Part shown: positions 24,087-32,049 of the stretch, in pieces | Layout of the letters: each line of letters begins with the position of its first letter | Numbering within the stretch: the first letter of the stretch is position 1 | Assembly (NCBI GenBank): GCA_964408055.1 | Contig: CAYOXV010000003.1 | Span: forward strand, 1,437 to 42,566 | Length of the DNA: 41,130 bases | From: an uncultured Gammaproteobacteria bacterium | GTDB taxonomy: Bacteria; Patescibacteriota; Microgenomatia; UBA12405 | Direction: 5' to 3' | Notes under the pieces: generated by a model | Database searches by the model: none | The model's input: only the letters and a program-made list of their open reading frames with translations | What the model was told of the DNA's origin: nothing | Made by a program: the position numbers and the translations under genes

Positions 24087-24379
24087 TTTTTATAAAATTG
24101 TCCACATTTTTAAATCACTTATCCACTATTTTATCCACACTTTAAAAATTATTTTCCCCCGAAGATTAACCCCAACCAAGTCAATTTTATAAGATAAAAA
24201 ATCAACTTTTATCCTTAAAATAAACCAAAAAATCCCTTTCCACTATTAATTAATACAAAAAAACATCTAAAGATCGTCAATTTTATTATTTATTCCACTT
24301 ATTAACCAACTCTAATAAGAACTAATACTAATTTATTATTAATCTTTTAATAAACCAAATTTTTTGATAATATAAGACA
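24087..24379. other. Probable oriC: DnaA-box cluster plus AT-rich unwinding region between dnaA and dnaN
   Basis: The boxes are TTGTCCACA (24098-24106), TTATCCACT (24119-24127) and TTATCCACA (24131-24139). Weaker TTTCCACT/TTATTCCAC-like sites lie further on. The stretch toward 24379 is very AT-rich. Confidence 0.7.
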
Positions 24380-25501
24380 ATGAAAGTGTCTATTCTCCAA
24401 GAAAATTTTAATTCTGCTTTAAACAATGTCTCTCGCTTTATTTCCACCAAAAATCAATTACCCATTTTAAATAATCTTCTTTTATCAACTGATAGTGGTC
24501 GTTTAAAAATATCAGCTACTAATCTTGAATTAAGTATTAATTATTGGATTGGAGCCAAAATAGAACAAGATGGGAGTACCACAGTTCCTCCAAAAGAAAT
24601 TACTGAATTTATTTCCTATTTATCCTCTGGCAAAATCGATCTTTCTTTAAAAGAAAATAATTTATTATCAGTTTCCTCTCAAAAAACTGAATCTACTTTT
24701 ACTACTATTCCAGCCCTCGATTATCCTGAATTTCCCCTAATTGATTCCAAAACTAATTTTGATATTGATTTTAATATTTTTTCAACCAGTATTTCCCAAA
24801 TTGCTTTTTCGGCTGCTCTAGATGATATTCGTCCAGTTTTAACCGCTATTCTTTGTCAATTCACTAATGATAATTTAACCTTTGTTGCTACAGATGGTTT
24901 TCGTCTTTCCTTTAAAACCATTAAACTAGTTAACCCTCTTAATTTAAAAGCCGACCAAACCATTACTTTTTTAATCCCCGCCAAAAGTTTAATAGAAGTT
25001 ACTAAACTCGCTAAAAACAATCAAAAAATCAAAATAGGTCTAACGAGTGACGAACACCAAGTAGTCTTCGTTCTAGACGACGTAGAGATCATTTCTCGAC
25101 TTATAGAAGGGGACTATCCTGATTATCAAAAGATAATTCCAGAAAGTTTTTCCACTAAAGTGTTTTTAAACAAAGATGAATTTTTACAAGCCGTCAAAAT
25201 TGCTTCTGTCTTTGCTAAAGAATCAGCCAATGTTGTTAAATTAAATATTAAAGCTAATAGTCTCGAATTAAGTGCTAATGCTCCTCAGATAGGCCAAAAT
25301 AAAGCCAGTGTTGATTCTAAAACCGAAGGGGAAAATATAGAAATTGCTTTTAATTATAAATTTTTAGTTGATTTTTTAACTAATTGTAAAAGCCCTGAAA
25401 TCACTATTGAATTAAATGATTCTCTTTCACCAGCTTGTTTTCAAGATCAATCCGACCCTTCTTTTACTCACATCATCATGCCTGTCCGACTTCAAGATTA
25501 A
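24380..25501 (+). CDS. dnaN: DNA polymerase III beta sliding clamp
   Basis: The 373-aa ORF shows the typical DnaN pattern (LPILNNLLLS, ATNLELSI, RPVLTAILCQF, ATDGFRLS, EGDYPDYQKIIP, IIMPVRL). TGaTAATAT lies 6 nt upstream of the ATG. Confidence 0.95.
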   Translation: MKVSILQENFNSALNNVSRFISTKNQLPILNNLLLSTDSGRLKISATNLELSINYWIGAKIEQDGSTTVPPKEITEFISYLSSGKIDLSLKENNLLSVSSQKTESTFTTIPALDYPEFPLIDSKTNFDIDFNIFSTSISQIAFSAALDDIRPVLTAILCQFTNDNLTFVATDGFRLSFKTIKLVNPLNLKADQTITFLIPAKSLIEVTKLAKNNQKIKIGLTSDEHQVVFVLDDVEIISRLIEGDYPDYQKIIPESFSTKVFLNKDEFLQAVKIASVFAKESANVVKLNIKANSLELSANAPQIGQNKASVDSKTEGENIEIAFNYKFLVDFLTNCKSPEITIELNDSLSPACFQDQSDPSFTHIIMPVRLQD

Positions 25502-25506
25502 ATTAT

Positions 25507-25989
25507 TTAATTTTCTTGCCAAACTAAAACTATTTCTTCAGGGTTATCAGCTGTCTCGTTCAACCAATTTTCCAAATCACTTTTTGATTTATTAAAATCA
25601 CTTCCCTTCATTTTTACTGACAAAGTATTCATATCTAAATATTTAGATACCATAAATGTATCTGTTTCATAAGGTAAATTGCTTTCTAAATTATATTCTT
25701 CGGTTGCTTCTTCTCCTGATAAGTATGTTTGTTGTTCTTCTGATAATGTCTCCCAAAAAGTATTTTTTTCCTCATCAGTTCCTAAACTTTCATACTTTTC
25801 AATTAATTCTTCATTTAAAATTAAAGATGTATTTCCAGTTGTGTTTTTACCTGTTGGTGACACTTGTTTTGTAGTTTCTATTGAAGTTGTAGTAGTAGAA
25901 TCATTTTTGAAATATCCTTTAAAAAAAGCCAAAATAAAAATCACTGCTACCAAAAAAATAATTAATTTATATTTTTTTAAAAATTTCAT
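25507..25989 (-). CDS. Small membrane-anchored acidic protein, last gene of T4SS block B
   Basis: The 160-aa ORF has an N-terminal TM helix (LIIFLVAVIFILAFF), an S/T-rich linker and an acidic C-terminal region. I recognise no motif. Confidence 0.5.
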   Translation of the reverse strand: MKFLKKYKLIIFLVAVIFILAFFKGYFKNDSTTTTSIETTKQVSPTGKNTTGNTSLILNEELIEKYESLGTDEEKNTFWETLSEEQQTYLSGEEATEEYNLESNLPYETDTFMVSKYLDMNTLSVKMKGSDFNKSKSDLENWLNETADNPEEIVLVWQEN

Positions 25990-26018
25990 TTATATAACAA
26001 TTTTAAACCATTTAAAAA

Positions 26019-28946
26019 TTAATTTAATTTTAATGTCGCTGAAATTAAATTGTGATCAGATAATGTTGTGTTAGTTCTGTAGGTTTTTGACGATACTAAT
26101 TCAATCCCTCTATTTTTAGGGAATATAATCATATCTGTACACCGAGTTCCATAATTTTCATCATAAACAATATTATTATTAGCAAATATTCCATCAGATA
26201 CTCCACAATCACTTGAACCAAAATTAAAATCACCCATTAAAACCCATGGAAGGGAATCTTTATTAATAATATTAGCTACATCTCTGGCTTGAGTATTACG
26301 ACAACCAGGGTTAGGGTCAAGGTGAACATTATAAAAAGACATATACTTATTGTTTACTTTTAAAACTGTTTTTTGAAGAGCTCTTCTAGCATCTAGACCA
26401 CATTTAGTTAAATCATTAGCAGCGTTATTACTCAATAGAACAGAACTTAAAAGAGAGTTTCCTGCTGAAGTTGGAGTATGGAAAGAATATTTTAACCCTG
26501 AACTAGCACTCACTCCATTTGTGATACTAATAGAACTTCCTTTATCAATTTCTTGTATTCCAATGACATCAAAATCACCTTCTCTTATTTTCAACCCTAT
26601 TTCACTCGCAGTTGGATGTGATTTTTTATTTAAATTACCTATATTAAAAGTCCCCACTGTAAAGATACTAGGCAAAGAACCAGGGGTAGCAGCTGTGTCA
26701 TTTAACACTCCATTAATTCTGATTATATGGTCGTATATTGTTCTTGAATTCTTTTTATTTTTATCTTTAGCCAAAAATATACCATTAGTTGTGTATTCAT
26801 AAATTGTATCCAAATGAGGATTACTATTTTGTCTATTTGACTCAATAGTTTCTCCGTTTCCTATATATAAAACAGCGTGGTTACAGGCTCTTGATTTTCC
26901 ATCCTCATAACAAGTGTTGTCCCTTATAAAAATATCTCCCACCTTTAAATCATCTTCACTTTTAATATTTTGAGTACTTAAAAATTCCCATCCCGCTAAA
27001 CTTTTATTATCTAATAATTGAGAAGTTGATCCTAACTCATCTACTCTGTCTATCCCCATACACTGTAACCATACCCAACTGACAAATTTAGCACAATCCA
27101 TCCCTTTGTAGGGATATTTATCTCCATCATTATCACTTTTCCCCCAATTTGAGCATGGGCCAATACATTTCCAAGCATCACCATCTCTATTGTATGGCAC
27201 CTTATTTTCAATAGATAAGGCAATATCTCTTAAAATTGGTCTACCATTAACATTTGAATTACAAATAGGTACCGAAATATCTCCAATCGTAGTGTAATCA
27301 TAATTACCAGGTATTTCTTCAGTATCTTCTTCGTCTGTTGGTGTTACTAAAGTTGATGCTTGTTGTTGCTGACAACCCAATAACATCATACAACATGCTC
27401 CAATAATTATAAAAGGTAACATTGCATGTTTGACCCCTTCGTATCCCTTATTTAGTACCCATCCTCCAAATTTACCATAATCTCTTTGTAATTTATCTTT
27501 AATATCAAAACTAATTCCTAATTTTTTTGCAATATTACCAAATATCTTTTTAAGTTTTTTAGCAATTTCTAAAACAATAATTATTACTGCTGCTATCCAT
27601 CCATAAGGTCCAGCTGATGCTGCTGCTCCAGCTTTTGCCATCATTCCTCCAGCCACCTTTGCTCCAGCTTGTAATCCCACTTTTATCCCTGCAGCCATTC
27701 CTTTTTTTGCTGCTCCACTTAAAAAAGCGTTAAACATTGCTGTTGCCCCTTTTCTAAAACCCTGTTCAGCTATCATTTTTAAACCGTTTTGAGCAAAAAC
27801 TTTTACTGCTTCATTTCCTATTTTTTGGACAAATCTTCCTGCCAAATTAACAAAAGTTCTATTTAACCAACCTCCAGTAACTTTATTAATCCTATCGGCC
27901 CATATTAAAACTCTATTTTGAGAAAAATTAAATCTATCTAAAAGGCTTGAATCTTTTAAAACTCCCATTATGCCATCAAAAGATTTAAACTCTCTCAATT
28001 TATCCGGCATATTTTTTAAGCCTGATAGTTTTTCCTTTATTTCTTCATACCTACTTTGAATTCCCTTTATCTCCCCACCTGATTTTTGCAACAAATTTAT
28101 TATCCCTTCAACATCAGAATAAGCCCCTTCAGTTACTTCCCCACTATTTAAAATATCATCTCTACTATTTTCTATTCCCTTATCACCATAATAAACATCA
28201 GCTATAATTTTCCCCTGTTCCCTAACTAAGACAATTTGTTCTTCATTAATATCTGGGTTTAACCTAATTGTTTCTTCTTCAAATTCTCTTCTAAAATCTT
28301 CATTTTTCTTTTTCCTTATTTCATCAATATTATTTATTTCTATTTTTTTTGCTCCTTCAACCATAGCCTTACTGGCCATTTCTATTTGAGTATCACTTTC
28401 TCCTCCCTTTATCTCAGCTATTTTTTTTGATAATTCTTCCTTTTTTTGTTTATCAGTTTTAATTTCTCTTCCTTCAATAATTTTATTTAATTCATCTTCA
28501 AGTGTTTTTTTTAATTTTTCATCATCTCCTAAATTTTTAGATACTTGATCGACTAGATCTTTTTTTTCTTTTTCCTTTTTCTCAGTAGCTTTTTCATCAT
28601 TATCTTTTTCAGCCTTTTTTTGTGCTTCTTTTCTTTTATTAGACTGAGATTTTTTCTTCTTTTTCCCCTCTTCTTCTTTCTTTTTTTTAGTCTTTTCTTT
28701 TTCCTCTTTTATTTCTTCTTTTTTTTGTTGTTTATTCCCTTCTTTTAGTTTTATTACTACCTCATCAATACTTTTTGCTGATTTTAATTCTACTCCAAAA
28801 AATTCAACCCTTTTCCCTAATGGACTATCTCTAAAAATATCACCAACTCCTCCTATTTTTTTGACTTCATTTAATATCCTAATTGTTTCTTCTCTAGTAG
28901 TTGGATCCTTTTCTAACCAATCTTTAATAATTTCTTTATTTGCCAT
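26019..28946 (-). CDS. Large T4SS-associated membrane protein: K/E-rich coiled-coil N-half, TM helices, NlpC/P60 cysteine peptidase domain, C-terminal EEP (endonuclease/exonuclease/phosphatase) domain
   Basis: The NlpC/P60 domain has Cys in GMDCAKFVSWVW (codon 27093-27095) and His in CNHAVLYIGNGETIESN (codon 26877-26879). The EEP domain (about 26022-26670) has TFNIGN, DVIGIQEI, FYNVHLDP, VLMGDFNF and SDHNLISATL. I place the start at ATG 28946; the track start is TTG 28949. Confidence 0.7.
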   Translation of the reverse strand: MANKEIIKDWLEKDPTTREETIRILNEVKKIGGVGDIFRDSPLGKRVEFFGVELKSAKSIDEVVIKLKEGNKQQKKEEIKEEKEKTKKKKEEEGKKKKKSQSNKRKEAQKKAEKDNDEKATEKKEKEKKDLVDQVSKNLGDDEKLKKTLEDELNKIIEGREIKTDKQKKEELSKKIAEIKGGESDTQIEMASKAMVEGAKKIEINNIDEIRKKKNEDFRREFEEETIRLNPDINEEQIVLVREQGKIIADVYYGDKGIENSRDDILNSGEVTEGAYSDVEGIINLLQKSGGEIKGIQSRYEEIKEKLSGLKNMPDKLREFKSFDGIMGVLKDSSLLDRFNFSQNRVLIWADRINKVTGGWLNRTFVNLAGRFVQKIGNEAVKVFAQNGLKMIAEQGFRKGATAMFNAFLSGAAKKGMAAGIKVGLQAGAKVAGGMMAKAGAAASAGPYGWIAAVIIIVLEIAKKLKKIFGNIAKKLGISFDIKDKLQRDYGKFGGWVLNKGYEGVKHAMLPFIIIGACCMMLLGCQQQQASTLVTPTDEEDTEEIPGNYDYTTIGDISVPICNSNVNGRPILRDIALSIENKVPYNRDGDAWKCIGPCSNWGKSDNDGDKYPYKGMDCAKFVSWVWLQCMGIDRVDELGSTSQLLDNKSLAGWEFLSTQNIKSEDDLKVGDIFIRDNTCYEDGKSRACNHAVLYIGNGETIESNRQNSNPHLDTIYEYTTNGIFLAKDKNKKNSRTIYDHIIRINGVLNDTAATPGSLPSIFTVGTFNIGNLNKKSHPTASEIGLKIREGDFDVIGIQEIDKGSSISITNGVSASSGLKYSFHTPTSAGNSLLSSVLLSNNAANDLTKCGLDARRALQKTVLKVNNKYMSFYNVHLDPNPGCRNTQARDVANIINKDSLPWVLMGDFNFGSSDCGVSDGIFANNNIVYDENYGTRCTDMIIFPKNRGIELVSSKTYRTNTTLSDHNLISATLKLN

Positions 28947-28952
28947 CAATAA

Positions 28953-28958
28953 ATTATA
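28953..28958 (-). promoter_or_regulatory. -10 box (TATAAT) 6 nt upstream of ATG 28946
   Basis: The minus strand reads GGATATAAT-TTATTG-ATG. Confidence 0.45.
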
Positions 28959-28976
28959 TCCTAAATCAATTCTCTT

Positions 28977-31331
28977 TTAGACTATGCCATTACCAAAAAG
29001 ATCATCATAATCCATTTTAGTCTTATCATCTGTGTTTTTAGTAGGGGATGGGTTTTCTTCAATTTTTTTCTCATCCGTTTTGTTTTCAAATACTGGTTTT
29101 GGATCTTTACTTAATTGTGGCGGTTGAGGCACTTTTACTTCTTCATTTCTAATAAAAATTGGTTTTTTAGCCTCCATCACCACTACTTCAGGTTTTGGAG
29201 CTTCAAATTTTTCTGTTTTTTGTATTTCCATTACCTCTGGTTTTTTTTGTTCTACTTCTTCAACCTTAATTCCACTAACTATGTCTGGTTTTATGTCCCT
29301 TAAATTTTCAACTGGCTTGTTTCCAACTATTTCTGTTGCTTTAATTTCCGTCTTAAATTCAGTTTTTACTTCCTTTGGTTTAAACTCCTCATTTTTAAAA
29401 GGTACTCTTTGGTCATTTTTTGAAACTGGAGAATCTTGTTTTACTTCTGGGATGGTTGATATTGGAGCTTTAGGTAATTCTGGTGTTTTTACTATTGGTG
29501 TTTCTGTTTTATTCCTTTCTGCTTCAAATTTTTGTTTTTTTAATACATCTTCTGGGTTAGAAGTTATTAATCCATGTTCATCATCAGATGATATTACCTG
29601 GATTGCTACGTGATTCTGTCCCGCAAAAAAGATCCCTTGTCCTTTATCAGCTGTCAGCAATAGTTGTTTTTCTCCTTCACTTAAATAAAATACTTCACCG
29701 ATTTGATCAATAGCCGCCGTATGTTGTTTTAACAGAATTTGAATCGAACTATTGGTCACAATTTCCTTACCATATGGAGTTTCTAAAAAATCATCAACAT
29801 CTTGAGTAATAGTTGTTACTCCTAAATAATATTTTCGACCCCGCTTTACAATTCCTCTTAAAAATGAAGCTGAATCTTCGTATTGCATTAAATACCAAGC
29901 TTCATCCACTACCAATATCCTTTTTTTAAGTGTTTTTTTAACTGTTGTCCAAATGTAATCCAAAATAATATGCATCGCTACTGGTCGCAACGTTTCTTCT
30001 AGATTTTTAATTCCAAAAACCACAAATGGATTAGTTAAATTAACTGTTGTTTTTTGATTAAATATTCCCGAAAATGATCCTTTAATATATTTTTCTAATC
30101 TAGCTGCTAGACCTTTAGCCTTTTCCTCTTCCATTCCAATTAATGCCTTATATAAATCTTCAATTAATGGAGCTTCTCTAGTTTGAGTAGTTGGGTCAGG
30201 GGTTATTCCTTTAGCTTTATATGCCTCCATTAAAGCTTTGTCTAAAATTGATTCCTCAATTGGATCCATATTACCCAACATCACCTTAAGTAATTTATGA
30301 ACCGACAAAACTTTACTATTTAAAGCATTTTCTCCTTCTTCTTCCACTAAAGACAAATCAAATGGATTTATCTTTGATGCTTCACCATATCCAAAAGCAA
30401 TATACTGTCCTCCAACTGCAGTCGCTAATTCACGATATTCATTTTCTGGGTCAATAACCACAATTTCTGTTCCCAGCATTAATGATCTCAATACTTCTAA
30501 TTTGATCATATAAGATTTTCCAGCTCCTGCTGTTGCAAAGACAACTGAATTGTAGTTTGGCATTGAAAATCTATCAAAAATTACCAACGATCCGTTATGC
30601 ATGTTTATGCCATACATCACTCCTTTGTCGTCAGATAAATCAGAAGATACAAATGGGAAAGTTGTTGCCAAAGAAGTCGTGTCCATGTTTCTGGTTATCT
30701 TCAATCTATCTTCTCCAATTGGTAATCCAGTTATAAATCCATCTTCCATTTGCAATGTCGCTCTTTTACTCACAATTAAAAGTGATCCCAAGGCTGCTTC
30801 TAAATTTTTATTAATCCTTTCTACCTCTTCTTTAGTTTCGGCTGATATTGTTATGTACAATCCAAATTGGAAAAATCTTTCTTCTCCCTTAACTAAATCT
30901 GCTTGTAAATTCATTGCATCCTCTAATTTTGCCTGGGTTGCTGGGTTAACTAATCTTCCTCTTTGAATATCAGTACTTATTTCTGCTTCCATTTCTGTTA
31001 TTTTTCGTCTCAAATCATCCAAAATCTCTTTTCCATCAGTTGGATAAATATACATAGAAATATTTAAAGCCGCATCAAAATTTATTAATGACGACAACCA
31101 ATTTATTCCTACAAATCTTGGATATGCTGCCACAAATAAACTTCTGTAATATTTATTGTCAATTCGAACATAATTAAAATCAACTTCCAAAGATGATGGA
31201 GCAATTAAATCTTTAGTTGTTACCAAACCTTTCGTAAAATCAGTTTTTTCCTCTTTACCCCCACTAATAGGTTTTACTTCTTCTACTACCGCTGGTTTTT
31301 TTAAAATTTTATCTAAAATCTTCATCTTCAT
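28977..31331 (-). CDS. virB4: VirB4/TrbE/CagE-family T4SS ATPase with a ~190-aa low-complexity C-terminal tail
   Basis: It has Walker A VFATAGAGKSY and Walker B ILVVDEAWYLM. The N-domain is of the Gram-positive VirB4 type (YYRSLFVAAYPRFVGINWLSSL). The tail (about 28980-29555) is P/K/E/V-rich. Confidence 0.85.
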   Translation of the reverse strand: MKMKILDKILKKPAVVEEVKPISGGKEEKTDFTKGLVTTKDLIAPSSLEVDFNYVRIDNKYYRSLFVAAYPRFVGINWLSSLINFDAALNISMYIYPTDGKEILDDLRRKITEMEAEISTDIQRGRLVNPATQAKLEDAMNLQADLVKGEERFFQFGLYITISAETKEEVERINKNLEAALGSLLIVSKRATLQMEDGFITGLPIGEDRLKITRNMDTTSLATTFPFVSSDLSDDKGVMYGINMHNGSLVIFDRFSMPNYNSVVFATAGAGKSYMIKLEVLRSLMLGTEIVVIDPENEYRELATAVGGQYIAFGYGEASKINPFDLSLVEEEGENALNSKVLSVHKLLKVMLGNMDPIEESILDKALMEAYKAKGITPDPTTQTREAPLIEDLYKALIGMEEEKAKGLAARLEKYIKGSFSGIFNQKTTVNLTNPFVVFGIKNLEETLRPVAMHIILDYIWTTVKKTLKKRILVVDEAWYLMQYEDSASFLRGIVKRGRKYYLGVTTITQDVDDFLETPYGKEIVTNSSIQILLKQHTAAIDQIGEVFYLSEGEKQLLLTADKGQGIFFAGQNHVAIQVISSDDEHGLITSNPEDVLKKQKFEAERNKTETPIVKTPELPKAPISTIPEVKQDSPVSKNDQRVPFKNEEFKPKEVKTEFKTEIKATEIVGNKPVENLRDIKPDIVSGIKVEEVEQKKPEVMEIQKTEKFEAPKPEVVVMEAKKPIFIRNEEVKVPQPPQLSKDPKPVFENKTDEKKIEENPSPTKNTDDKTKMDYDDLFGNGIV

Positions 31332-31333
31332 TT

Positions 31334-32035
31334 TTATTTTGTATTAACTACTGGGGTATTAAAATCTAAATTTTGTAATTTTTGATTACCTTCTATTTCT
31401 TCATTATATATTCTATAAAAAAGCTCCATTAATTCCTGATTTCCTAGCGATTTTATATCCAACCCTAATCTTGAAAATAATCTCACTAAATGGTCTCTTT
31501 TGGGTTCCAAGTTTGCTTTTGCTTTTTCTATAATATATTCCTTTGGATAAGGTAGTTGTTCATTACTATTAGGTAGATTTAAAATTGTTTTTAGAGATTG
31601 TTTTCCTCCTCCCTTTATTCCTAATTCTAAACTAGAAAACTTTACCACTACATAAAAAGTTTTTGATAAAACATCATTCTTTTTAACTGTCTCTTCTACA
31701 AATTTTCGGTAGAATTTTATTCTTTCTTTAAGTAAAGGATTATTTTGTTTACTTTCTGCTCCTGTTAAGTTTTTAAGATAAGAAGTAATGTCTTTTACAT
31801 TAGATCTAATTACAATTTGGATAGGAAAATTAAGCGAGTTTAATATCCCTCCATAGGCTGCCACTAAGGCAGATTGTTCTGGCTCTGACAAAAGGTCAAA
31901 ATTTACTGATGATATTTGCATTATCGAAACACAAGAACCATCTTTCAATAACACTATTCCATCAACCACATCCTCAATTGGCAAATGTTCTTGAGTACTT
32001 CCTTTTATTGCAATTTTAATAGGATCGATTGGCAT
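31334..32035 (-). CDS. Hypothetical T4SS protein resembling a stand-alone VirB4 N-terminal domain
   Basis: The 233-aa ORF reads HLPIEDVVDGIVLLKDGSCVSIMQISSVNFDLLSEPEQSALVAAYGGILNSLNFPIQIVIRS. This follows the pattern seen at the N-terminus of monoderm VirB4/TrsE-type ATPases, but no P-loop is present. The ORF ends 2 nt before virB4. Confidence 0.35.
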   Translation of the reverse strand: MPIDPIKIAIKGSTQEHLPIEDVVDGIVLLKDGSCVSIMQISSVNFDLLSEPEQSALVAAYGGILNSLNFPIQIVIRSNVKDITSYLKNLTGAESKQNNPLLKERIKFYRKFVEETVKKNDVLSKTFYVVVKFSSLELGIKGGGKQSLKTILNLPNSNEQLPYPKEYIIEKAKANLEPKRDHLVRLFSRLGLDIKSLGNQELMELFYRIYNEEIEGNQKLQNLDFNTPVVNTK

Positions 32036-32049
32036 ATATTTATAATATC

